Both the position numbers and the translations under genes were made by a program. A stretch of 64,000 nucleotides of DNA, taken from Candidatus Eiseniibacteriota bacterium. GTDB lineage: Bacteria > Eisenbacteria > RBG-16-71-46. Below are positions 33,300 to 42,403 of the stretch, one piece after another; within the stretch, counting starts at the first letter, position 1, and each line of letters starts with the position of its first letter. The stretch lies in contig JACOSV010000045.1 of NCBI GenBank assembly GCA_016178725.1, forward strand, positions 51 to 64,050, written 5' to 3'. Under the pieces are notes generated by a model that was given only the letters and a program-made list of their open reading frames with translations, was not told where the DNA came from and did no database searches.

Positions 33300-34553
33300 A
33301 TGTCCGAGCTGCGCGACCGTGACCCCGTGATCTTCGACGCCATCGCCTCCGAGCGGCGCCGTCAGCTCGCGACGCTGGAGCTGATCGCGTCGGAGAACTT
33401 CGCGAGCGACGCCGTGCTCGAGGCGCTCGGCTCGGTGATGAACAACAAGTACGCCGAGGGGCTGCCGCGCAAGCGCTACTACGGCGGCTGCGAGTTCGTC
33501 GACGTCGCCGAGGATGCGGCGCTCGAGCGCGTCGGCCGGCTGTTCGGCGCCGAGCACGCGAACGTGCAGGCGCACTCGGGCGCCACGGCGAACATGGCGG
33601 CGTACTTCGCCGTCGCCGACGCCGGAGCGACGCTGCTCGGCATGAGCCTCGCCCACGGCGGCCACCTCACGCACGGCCACGCGGTGTCGTTCTCGGGTCG
33701 GCTGTTCAAGGCGGTGCAATACGGCGTGCGGTCCGAGGACGGGCGTATCGACTACGAGCAGATGGAAGCGCTGGCGCGCGAGCACCGGCCGCGCATCATC
33801 GTCGCCGGCGCGAGCGCGTATCCGCGGGTCATCGACTTCGAGCGCTTCGGCCGGATCGCGCGCGAGGTGGGCGCCGCGCTGGTGGTGGACATGGCGCACA
33901 TCGCCGGGCTGGTCGCCGCCGGGCTACACCCGAGCCCGGTGCCGCATGCCGATCTCGTCACCAGCACGACGCACAAGACGCTGCGCGGTCCGCGCGGCGG
34001 GTTCGTGCTGTGCCGGAAGGCGCACGCCGAGAAGCTCGACAAGACGGTGTTCCCGATGCTGCAGGGCGGGCCGTTGATGCACGCGATCGCCGCCAAGGCG
34101 GTGTGCTTCGGCGAGGCGCTGACCGACGGCTTCCGCGCCTATCAGGGACGCGTGGTCGACAACGCGCGCGCGCTGGCGGCCTCGCTCGAGCAGCACGGCT
34201 TCGATCTGGTCTCGGGCGGCACCGACAATCATCTCGTGCTCGTCGATCTCACGCGTCGCTCGCTCACCGGCAAGGTCGCCGAGGAGGCGCTCCACCGGGC
34301 GCGCATCCCGGTCAACAAGAACGCCGTGCCCAACGATCCGCAGAAACCGTGGGTGACGAGCGGCATCCGCGTCGGCACGCCGGCGCTCACGACGCGCGGA
34401 TTCGGCGTCGAGGAGATGCGCCTGATCGCGGGCTGGATCGCGCGCGTCCTCGACCGCCCGGACGACACCGACACCGCACGCGCCGTCGAGCGCGAGGTCT
34501 CGGAGGTGGCGTCGAAGTTCCCCCTGTTCGCCTGGGAGCCGGCCCTGCGCTAG
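33300..34553 (+). CDS. glyA: serine hydroxymethyltransferase
   Basis: [26 protein letters not shown]. Confidence 0.98.
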   Translation: MSELRDRDPVIFDAIASERRRQLATLELIASENFASDAVLEALGSVMNNKYAEGLPRKRYYGGCEFVDVAEDAALERVGRLFGAEHANVQAHSGATANMAAYFAVADAGATLLGMSLAHGGHLTHGHAVSFSGRLFKAVQYGVRSEDGRIDYEQMEALAREHRPRIIVAGASAYPRVIDFERFGRIAREVGAALVVDMAHIAGLVAAGLHPSPVPHADLVTSTTHKTLRGPRGGFVLCRKAHAEKLDKTVFPMLQGGPLMHAIAAKAVCFGEALTDGFRAYQGRVVDNARALAASLEQHGFDLVSGGTDNHLVLVDLTRRSLTGKVAEEALHRARIPVNKNAVPNDPQKPWVTSGIRVGTPALTTRGFGVEEMRLIAGWIARVLDRPDDTDTARAVEREVSEVASKFPLFAWEPALR

Positions 34554-34687
34554 GCGGTCGTGCGCCCTGCCGAGGGGCGCAGCGAAAGTTGCACGGCGAC
34601 CGCCGCGCGGGGCTCGAAACCACGTTCGCCGGCCGCCCCGGGTCGCTGCCGCGCAACCACTTGGGCGGGGACCCGAGCACCCTGCCG

Positions 34688-34703
34688 TGGCACCGAATCT
34701 GCA
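34688..34703 (+). promoter_or_regulatory. putative sigma54 (-24/-12) promoter
   Basis: TGGCACCGAATCTGCA vs consensus TGGCAC-N5-TTGCW. Confidence 0.6.
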
Positions 34704-34749
34704 CTCCCGCGCCACGGCTTCTCTTTCGTTCCGACCCGAGGCGACCTCC

Positions 34750-35163
34750 ATGCTCGACACCCGCATCGTGTGCTGGATCGCCGGGCGCGTCCCCGGCGTG
34801 GTCCCGGGAACGCTGCTCCACCGCGCCGCGCTGCGCGCGATGCACGCCGGGGCGTACCCGCTCGCCGATGCGTTGTTCGAGCGCGCCGCCGATCGTTACC
34901 GGCTCGACCTCGAGGTCGAGCGCCTCGCGCGGCTGCGCGTCCATCAGTCCATGGCGCGCGCGCTCGCGACCGGCGATCCGACGCGCGATCCCGCCGCCTG
35001 CCTCGAGATCGAGCAGCGCCTCGCACGGCTCCAGAGCATCGAGTCGCTGGAGCCGCCGTTCGACGTGCTGCCCGCGAGCCGCCTGCTCGCGACCTGGATC
35101 GCCGGCACGCACCGCGCCGAGCCCGCCGCGGGCGTCGCGGTTCCGGAGCACGCCGCGGCCTGA
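34750..35163 (+). CDS. hypothetical alpha-helical protein
   Basis: GC3-biased ORF, GAGG SD; no recognisable family. Confidence 0.7.
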   Translation: MLDTRIVCWIAGRVPGVVPGTLLHRAALRAMHAGAYPLADALFERAADRYRLDLEVERLARLRVHQSMARALATGDPTRDPAACLEIEQRLARLQSIESLEPPFDVLPASRLLATWIAGTHRAEPAAGVAVPEHAAA

Positions 35164-35235
35164 ACCGGCGCCGCGCGCCGGTCCCAAGGCACGCCGAATC
35201 GCCGCATCGCGGCCCCCGTGCGCCGCTCGTCTTCG

Positions 35236-35264
35236 TTGGCCGGTCCGTTGCGCTTGGTTATACT
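35236..35264 (+). promoter_or_regulatory. putative sigma70 promoter of the moxR/bat operon
   Basis: TTGGCC-N17-TATACT. Confidence 0.5.
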
Positions 35265-35359
35265 CCGCCGGTTCCGCGCCGCACACAGGCGCGCCCATCG
35301 CGATCCGGCACGGGAACGCGAGGCCGCCGCGATCGATCGAGCGATGAGGCAGGGAGCCC

Positions 35360-36346
35360 ATGACCGTCGAGACCAAGGAAGCCGCGCGTCGGATCGAACA
35401 GGTCAGCGCCGTCCTCACCCGGGTGCGCACCGAGGTCGCGCGCGTCATCGTCGGCCAGCACGCCATGGTCGACCGCCTGCTGGTCGGTCTCCTCACCGGC
35501 GGCCATGTGCTGCTCGAGGGCGTTCCCGGGCTCGCGAAGACGCTCGCGGTCAGCAGCCTCGCCCAGGCGCTCGCGCTCAAGTTCCGCCGCATCCAGTTCA
35601 CGCCCGACCTGCTGCCCGCCGACCTCACCGGCACGCTGATCTACAACCCGCGCGACGGTTCGTTCAGCACCAAGCGTGGACCGGTGTTCGCGCACCTCGT
35701 GCTCGCCGACGAGATCAACCGCGCGCCGGCCAAGGTGCAGTCGGCACTGCTCGAGGCCATGCAGGAGAAGCAGGTGACGCTCGGCGACGACAGCCACGCG
35801 CTCTAGGAACCGTTCCTCGTCCTCGCCACGCAGAATCCGATCGAGCAGGAGGGGACATATCCGCTCCCCGAGGCGCAGAGCGACCGTTTCATGCTCAAGG
35901 TGAAGGTCGGCTACCCCGAGCGCGCCGAGGAGAAGACCATCCTCCAGCGCGTCGGGCTCGCCACGCCGCCCGCGCTCACGCCGCAGGCATCGCGCGCCGA
36001 GGTGCTCGAGGCGCGGGCCGCGCTCGCGAGCGTCTACGTCGACGACAAGATCCAGGAGTACGTGCTCGATCTGGTGACGGCGACGCGCCGGCCGCGCGAC
36101 TACGGCCTGCCGCTCGACTCGCTGGTCGCCTACGGCGCCTCGCCTCGCGCGACGCTGTTCCTCGTCCGCGGCGCGCAGGCGCTGGCGGTCATCGAGGGCC
36201 GCCCGTACGTGCTGCCCGAGGACGTGAAGCAGATCGCCCCCGACGTGCTGCGCCACCGCATCCACGTGTCGTACGAGGCCGAGGCGGAAGGCGTGGACGG
36301 CGAAGAGGTGGCGAAGCGGATTCTCGAGCAGGTGCGCGTGCCCTGA
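35360..36346 (+). pseudogene. MoxR family AAA+ ATPase interrupted by in-frame TAG at 35804-35806
   Basis: GVPGLAKT, FTPDLLP, LADEINR, then [27 protein letters not shown] continuing in the same frame. Confidence 0.85.
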
Positions 36347-36395
36347 TGCCGGTGCGCGTGGCCGGCCACCCCGGAGTCGGATTCAGGACGGAACC

Positions 36396-37733
36396 ATGAG
36401 CCCATCCGGAGCGACGACCGAGCTTCCCGACCGCCTGACCGTCGACGAGCTGCGCGACACATGGTCGCTGCTCTCGCCCGAGGACCGCCTCCTCGCGTTC
36501 AAGATGGTCCCGTACGAGGACGCCGAAGAGTTCTTCCTCTCGCTCTCGGCCCGGGATCAGGCCAATCTGCTCGAGGCCCTGCCGCCGACCGAGCGGCGCG
36601 GCTGGGTACGGCTGCTGCCGCCCGATGACGCCGCCGACGCCGTGCAGGAGACCGGCCCCGATCTGCGCGAGGAGCTGGTGCACCTCCTCGACGACGCGAC
36701 GCGCAAGGAAGTGGTGGCGCTCCTGGCGTACAAGGAGGATCAGGCCGGCGGGCTCATGGACCCGCGCTTCGCGCGCGTGCGTCCCGACATGTCCGTGGAC
36801 GAGGGGATCGGTTACCTGCGCAAGCAGGCGCGCGAGTACGTCGGCACGCTGCGCTATCTCTACGTGCTCGACGACCATCAGCACCTGCTCGGCGTCGTCA
36901 CGCTGCGCGGCCTGTTTTCCTCGCCGCCCGAGAAGCGCGTGCAGGACATCATGCGCACCGACGTGGTCACCGCGACGGCCGACATGGACCAGGAGGCGTT
37001 GAGCCGGCTCTTCGCCCAGCACAGCCTGAACGCGATCCCGATCGTGGACGGCGAGGGCCGCATGCAGGGCATCGTCACCGTGGACGACATCGTCGACGTC
37101 GTCCAGGAAGAGGCCACCGAGGACATCCAGAAGCTGGGCGGCATGGAAGCGCTCGACGCGCCCTACATGCAGGTCGGCTTCCTGAGCATGGTGCGCAAGC
37201 GCGGCAGCTGGCTCTCGGCGCTGTTCCTCGGCGAGATGCTCACCGCGACCGCGATGGGCTACTTCCAGGATGAGATCGCGCGCGCCGTCGTGCTCGCGTT
37301 GTTCGTGCCGCTCATCATCAGCAGCGGCGGCAACTCGGGCTCGCAGGCGACGACGCTCGTCATCCGCGCGATGGCGCTGGGCGAGGTCACGCTGCGCGAC
37401 TGGTTTCGCGTCATCCGCCGCGAGCTCATGGCCGGCCTCGCGCTCGGGACGCTGCTCGGCACGATCGGCTTCCTGCGCATCGAGATCTGGCAGGCGTTCA
37501 GTCCGATCTACGGGCCGCACGCGATCCTGATCGCCTGGACGGTCTTCGTGAGCCTGATCGGCGTGGTCACGTTCGGAACGCTCGCCGGCTCGCTGCTGCC
37601 GTTCGTCCTGCGCCGGCTCAGGCTCGATCCCGCGAGCGCGTCGGCCCCGTTCGTCGCGACGCTCGTGGACGTGACCGGGCTCGTGATCTACTTCACGGTC
37701 GCGAGCATGGTCCTGCGCGGCCGGCTGCTGTGA
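36396..37733 (+). CDS. mgtE: magnesium transporter MgtE
   Basis: N-domain, CBS pair, GGNSGSQ, DPASASAPF, VDVTG. Confidence 0.95.
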   Translation: MSPSGATTELPDRLTVDELRDTWSLLSPEDRLLAFKMVPYEDAEEFFLSLSARDQANLLEALPPTERRGWVRLLPPDDAADAVQETGPDLREELVHLLDDATRKEVVALLAYKEDQAGGLMDPRFARVRPDMSVDEGIGYLRKQAREYVGTLRYLYVLDDHQHLLGVVTLRGLFSSPPEKRVQDIMRTDVVTATADMDQEALSRLFAQHSLNAIPIVDGEGRMQGIVTVDDIVDVVQEEATEDIQKLGGMEALDAPYMQVGFLSMVRKRGSWLSALFLGEMLTATAMGYFQDEIARAVVLALFVPLIISSGGNSGSQATTLVIRAMALGEVTLRDWFRVIRRELMAGLALGTLLGTIGFLRIEIWQAFSPIYGPHAILIAWTVFVSLIGVVTFGTLAGSLLPFVLRRLRLDPASASAPFVATLVDVTGLVIYFTVASMVLRGRLL

Positions 37734-38617
37734 TGCAGACGTCGGATCTCCTCCGCAGGGTCCGCCGCCTCGAGATCCGCAGCCGCCATCTCGTCGAGGA
37801 CCTGTTCGCGGGGCAGGCCGAGAGCGTCTTCAAGGGCCGCGGGATGGAGTTCGAAGAGGTGCGTCCCTACGTACCCGGCGACGAGGTGCGCGACATCGAC
37901 TGGAACGTCACCGCGCGGCTCGGCCACCCGTACGTCAAGCGCTTCGTCGAGGAGCGCGAGCTCACGGTGCTGCTCGTGCTCGACGTCTCGCGCTCGATGC
38001 GCTTCGGCACGGCGGGGCCAGAGAAGCGCGAGCTCGCGGCCGAGCTGTGCGCGGTCCTCGGCTTCGCGGCGCTGCGCAACGACGATCGCGTCGGCCTCGT
38101 GCTCGCCGCCGGCCGCGTCGAGCATTTCGTGCCGCCCGCGCGTGGACGGAGCCACGTACTGCGGCTGCTGCGCGACGTGCTCGACGCGGAGCCGCGCTCG
38201 AGCGGCACGCGGCTGGGCGAGGCGGCGCGGTTCGTCCTGCGCACCGCGCACCGCCGCAGCGTCGTGTTCTGGATCTCGGACTTCGAGGACGCGATCGAGC
38301 CGCGCGACTGGCGCGTGGTGGCGCGGCGCCACGATCTGACCGCGCTCGTGACGCGCGATCCGCGCGACGAGGCGCTGCCGTCGGTGGGCTGGGTCGAGCT
38401 CGAGGATCTCGAATCCGGCGCGCGGCGCCTCGTGAACACGGGGAGCCGGCGCGCCCGCGAGCGCTACGGCGTCGAGGCGCGCGAGCGCCGCCGGCGCGTC
38501 GAGCAGGCGCTGCGCCGCGCGCGCATCGCGATGGTCGAGGTGCGCACGGACCGGTCGTACCTGCCGGTGCTCATGCGTTACTTCTCGGCGCGGCGCCGCG
38601 GGCGGACGCAGGTGTGA
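37730..38617 (+). CDS. DUF58 family protein (MoxR-associated)
   Basis: GMEFEEVRPYVPGD, IDWNVTAR, DVSRS, ISDF. Confidence 0.92.
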   Translation: MMQTSDLLRRVRRLEIRSRHLVEDLFAGQAESVFKGRGMEFEEVRPYVPGDEVRDIDWNVTARLGHPYVKRFVEERELTVLLVLDVSRSMRFGTAGPEKRELAAELCAVLGFAALRNDDRVGLVLAAGRVEHFVPPARGRSHVLRLLRDVLDAEPRSSGTRLGEAARFVLRTAHRRSVVFWISDFEDAIEPRDWRVVARRHDLTALVTRDPRDEALPSVGWVELEDLESGARRLVNTGSRRARERYGVEARERRRRVEQALRRARIAMVEVRTDRSYLPVLMRYFSARRRGRTQV

Positions 38618-39612
38618 AGACGGGCGCCCGCGCCGCGCGCGGCATCGCCGTCGTGCTCGCCGGGATTGCGTGCGCCTCCGGGCGGGCCGCGTCCGCGGAC
38701 GCGCCGCTCGCCGGTTCCAATCGCTATGCGCTCGACGTGATCGAGAGCCGGGCGAGCGTCGAGCCCGGCGTCGTTCACCTCGGCGAGCGCGCGGTCTATC
38801 GCGGCGCCGTCGTCGTCCGCGCCGGCGCCGACGTGCGCTGGCTCGCGCCGGAGGCGAACGATGCGCTCACGTGGGGCGAGCGCCGGGCGCGGCGCTCGTC
38901 GCAGTTTGGCGGGTACGCGAGCCATTCGCGAATCGCCGACACCGTCTCGGTGGAGATCCCGGTGCAGGCGTTCCAGCTTGGTCGGATCGTGGTGCCGGGG
39001 CTGGGCGTGGCCATCGCAGGCGCGAACGGCGCGCGGACGGCGAATCTCCCGGCAGCCCCGATCACGGTCGTTCCGGCGATCGCCGCCGACGACACCGCCG
39101 CCGACTTCCGCGCCGTGCACGGCCCGCTCGCGGCGCCGTGGTGGGGGCGGGTGCCGTGGACGTGGGTGATCGCGGCGCTCCTCACGATCGCGGCGATCGT
39201 GGCGTTCATGCGACGGCGGCGGCGGATGCCCGCGCCGGCCGCGGCGCCCGCGGCACTCGATCCGCTCGCCGAGGCGCTCGCTGCGGTGGCGGCACTGCGC
39301 GCGCTCCGCCTGCCCGAGCACGGACGGTTCGCCGAGCACGCGTTCCGACTCGGCCAGATCCTGCGCCGCTACCTCGAGGCCGCGACGCACGCGACGCGCC
39401 CCGGCGACACGACGCCCGAGCTGGTCCGCCATCTCGGCGAGGCGGGGCTCGGGGTCGACGATCTCGGCCGGCTCGCGGGGTTGCTGCGCGTCTGGGACCG
39501 GGTCAAGTTCGCCCGCGAGCCGTTCACGCTCGACGAGGCTGTGCGCGCCGAGCAGGCGGTCGAAGCGTTCCTGCGCCGGCCGCAGCCGGCCGCCGAACGG
39601 CGGGTGGCCTGA
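38614..39612 (+). CDS. Bat-operon membrane protein (signal peptide, Ig-like region, TM, helical tail)
   Basis: position between DUF58 and batA; ILRRYLE, TTPEL, DRVKFAR. Confidence 0.75.
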   Translation: MKTGARAARGIAVVLAGIACASGRAASADAPLAGSNRYALDVIESRASVEPGVVHLGERAVYRGAVVVRAGADVRWLAPEANDALTWGERRARRSSQFGGYASHSRIADTVSVEIPVQAFQLGRIVVPGLGVAIAGANGARTANLPAAPITVVPAIAADDTAADFRAVHGPLAAPWWGRVPWTWVIAALLTIAAIVAFMRRRRRMPAPAAAPAALDPLAEALAAVAALRALRLPEHGRFAEHAFRLGQILRRYLEAATHATRPGDTTPELVRHLGEAGLGVDDLGRLAGLLRVWDRVKFAREPFTLDEAVRAEQAVEAFLRRPQPAAERRVA

Positions 39613-40592
39613 TGCGCTGGGACGCGCCCTGGGCGCTGGCGGCGGTCCTCGTCCTGCCGCTGCTGGCCGCGCGCGCGCGCCGCCCGCTCGCGCGGCGCGC
39701 AGCCGTGCTGTGGGTGCGTGTCGGCGGCCCGTGGTCGCGGAGTCGCATGGCGGTCGCGCTCAAGACCGTCGGTCTCCTGCCGTGGCTGGCCCTCGCGCTT
39801 GCGCTGCTGGCGCTGGCACGCCCGCAGCAGGGGCTGCGCCAGAGCGAGACCGAGACGCGCGGCGTCGACATCGTGCTCGCGCTCGACATCTCGCCCAGCA
39901 TGCGCGCCGAGGACTTCGTGCCGCGCAACAGGCTCTTCGTCGCGAAGGAGACCGCGCGCGAGTTCATCCGCCAGCGCCCGCACGACCGGATCGGGCTCGT
40001 GGCGTTCGCGGCGACCGCGTTCACGCAGTGCCCGCTCACGCTCGATCACGGCGTGCTGATCGAGCTGCTCGACGGGATCGAGTTCGGCATGGCCGAAGAC
40101 GGCACGGCGATCGGCATGGGTCTCGCGACCGCGGTGGCGCGGCTCAAGGAGAGCCGCACGCCGAGCAAGGTGGTCGTGCTCCTCACCGACGGCGAGAACA
40201 ACCGTGGCGAGATCGATCCGCTCACCGGCGCCGAGCTCGCGCGCACGATGGGGGTGAAGGTGTACACGGTGCTGGTCGGGCGCGGCGGGATGGTGCCGGT
40301 GCCGGTGGACGATCCGATCTACGGCCGCCGCGTTCAGATGGAGCGCATGGACGTGGACGAGGGCGCCCTGCGCGAGATCGCCGCGCGAACCGGCGGCCGC
40401 TACTTCCGCGCCGTCGACAGCGACGCGCTGGCCGGCATCTACGCCGAGATCGACCGTCTCGAGCGCGCCCCGATCCGTTCGATCGAGTACCGCGAATACG
40501 ACGACCTCGGCCCGCTGCTGCTCGGCGCCGCGGCGCTGCTGCTCGCGCTGCACGCGCTCTCGGGCGCCACCTGGGCGTTCCGCCTGCCATGA
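39612..40592 (+). CDS. BatA-like VWA domain membrane protein
   Basis: LARPQ, MIDAS DISPS, GTAIG, LLTDGENN. Confidence 0.9.
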   Translation: MRWDAPWALAAVLVLPLLAARARRPLARRAAVLWVRVGGPWSRSRMAVALKTVGLLPWLALALALLALARPQQGLRQSETETRGVDIVLALDISPSMRAEDFVPRNRLFVAKETAREFIRQRPHDRIGLVAFAATAFTQCPLTLDHGVLIELLDGIEFGMAEDGTAIGMGLATAVARLKESRTPSKVVVLLTDGENNRGEIDPLTGAELARTMGVKVYTVLVGRGGMVPVPVDDPIYGRRVQMERMDVDEGALREIAARTGGRYFRAVDSDALAGIYAEIDRLERAPIRSIEYREYDDLGPLLLGAAALLLALHALSGATWAFRLP

Positions 40593-42403
40593 GCTTCGCC
40601 GCCGCGCACTGGCTGCGGCTGCTGCTCGCCATTCCGCCGCTGCTTCTGCTGGAGTGGCGCGCGCGGCGGCGGGCCGACGCGGCGCTGCGCCGGCTGGTGG
40701 GCGAGCGCGCCGAGCATGCGCTCTTGAGCGAGCGGAGGCCGGGCCAGCACCGGCTCGGGCTGCTGCTGCGGACGGGCGCGCTCGCGGCGCTGATCGTCGG
40801 CGCGTCGGGACCCGAGTGGGGCCGCGAGGTCGTGATGCGCACGGCGAGCGGGTCGGACGTCGTGTTCCTGATGGACGTCTCGGCGAGCATGGACGCGCGC
40901 GACGTGCCGCCGAGCCGGCTCGAGGAAGCGCGGCGCGAGGCGCTCGCGGTGCTCGACCGGCTCGCAGGGAGCCGCGTCGGCATCGTGGCGTTCGCGGGCG
41001 ACGCGGTGCGGCTCTGTCCGCTGACACTCGACCGCGGCGCGGCGCGGCTGGTGCTCGAGTCCATCACCACCGCGTCGGTGAGCGAGCCCGGGACCGATCT
41101 CGGCCGCGGGCTGCGCACGGCGATGAACGTGCTCCCGGGCGGCCGCCGCACCGAGCAGGTGATCGTGCTGTGGACCGACGGCGAGGATCTCGAGCACGGG
41201 GCGGGCGGCGGTGTGGACGCGCTCGCGCGCGGAGGATTCCACGTGCTCGCGGTCGGCGTGGGCACGCCCGCCGGCGACGTGATCCCGGTGCTCGACGACC
41301 AGGGCCGCGCGGTGGACGTGAAGCGCGACGAATCGGGCAGCGCGGTGCACAGCCGGCTCGACGAGGGTCTGCTGCGGACCCTGGCGCGGCGCACCCGCGG
41401 CGCGTATTTCGCGGCCTCGCGCCCGGGCGGTGAGCTGCCGCGCCTGCTCGGTGCGCTCGGCGGCGTCGCGCGCAGCGCGCGCGGCTCGCGGCTGACCGAG
41501 CAGCCGGTGCCGCGCTTTCCGTGGTTCGCGGCGCTCGCGGCGCTGCTGCTCGCGATTGAGCTCGCGCGCGCTCACCGGCGCGCCGGGATCGCGGGCGTGC
41601 GCGACGCCGCGCGGGAGTCGGGCGCGGACGAGGCCGGGTCGCCGGGCGCCGCGGGCGCGGCGCCGGCCGATGGGCGCGTGGCGCGCGGGCGGAGGACGGC
41701 GCGCGCGGCATCGGCCGCGGCGGTCGTGCTCGCGCTCGGCGTGTGCGACAGGGCGGCGATCGCCGAGAGCGACTGGGCGCGCGGCGATCGCGCGTTCCGT
41801 GGTGGACGCTACGCTGCAGCGGAATCCCTCTACGCGCGGCGCGCGGCGCGCGGATCGCCCGCCGCGGTGCGCGTCAATCATGCGACGGCGCGCGCGCTCG
41901 CCGGTCGCGGCGCGGACGCCGAGAGCCTGCTCGCCTCGCTCGGGTCCGAGAAGGGCGCCGCGGGCCACACGGCGGCCTACAACCTCGGGACGCTCGAGGC
42001 CAGGCGCGCGGACTGGGACGATGCGGTCAAGACGCTGCGCAAGGCGCTCGAGTCCGACGCCGACGATCGTGACGCCCGCTACAACTACGAGCTGGCGCTG
42101 CGCCGACAGCGGCAGCAGCGCGGCGGCGGAACCCCACCGCCTTCGCCGTCGCCGAGCCGGCCGTCGCCGCACGCCGCCGGGGCGAATCCGAACCCCGGCG
42201 CGACCTCGCCGAATCCGCCGCCGCAGGTGCCGCCCGCGCCGCAGGCGAACACGCCCGAGGCGCAACCGGCGCCGAGTCCGGGCACGATGGACCGCCGCAC
42301 CGCCGAGCAGCTGCTCGGCAGCCTGTCCGAGCTCGAGCGCATCGAGCAGCAGCGCCTCCACAAGGTGCGCGTCGTGCGCGAGCGCCGCGGGAGGGACTGG
42401 TGA
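40589..42403 (+). CDS. BatB/BatC-like VWA-TPR fusion
   Basis: DVSAS, TDGED, YNLG, DARYNYELAL, Pro-rich linker, terminal RDW. Confidence 0.85.
   Translation: MSFAAAHWLRLLLAIPPLLLLEWRARRRADAALRRLVGERAEHALLSERRPGQHRLGLLLRTGALAALIVGASGPEWGREVVMRTASGSDVVFLMDVSASMDARDVPPSRLEEARREALAVLDRLAGSRVGIVAFAGDAVRLCPLTLDRGAARLVLESITTASVSEPGTDLGRGLRTAMNVLPGGRRTEQVIVLWTDGEDLEHGAGGGVDALARGGFHVLAVGVGTPAGDVIPVLDDQGRAVDVKRDESGSAVHSRLDEGLLRTLARRTRGAYFAASRPGGELPRLLGALGGVARSARGSRLTEQPVPRFPWFAALAALLLAIELARAHRRAGIAGVRDAARESGADEAGSPGAAGAAPADGRVARGRRTARAASAAAVVLALGVCDRAAIAESDWARGDRAFRGGRYAAAESLYARRAARGSPAAVRVNHATARALAGRGADAESLLASLGSEKGAAGHTAAYNLGTLEARRADWDDAVKTLRKALESDADDRDARYNYELALRRQRQQRGGGTPPPSPSPSRPSPHAAGANPNPGATSPNPPPQVPPAPQANTPEAQPAPSPGTMDRRTAEQLLGSLSELERIEQQRLHKVRVVRERRGRDW

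Noticed and set aside
35804-35806. Genome-wide amber recoding or pyrrolysine
   Set aside because: rpsI, rpsB, tsf, frr, glyA and others terminate at TAG at their expected C-termini; no pyl genes in the window.
42120-42285. Pro-rich low-complexity stretch
   Set aside because: Typical BatC-type disordered linker.
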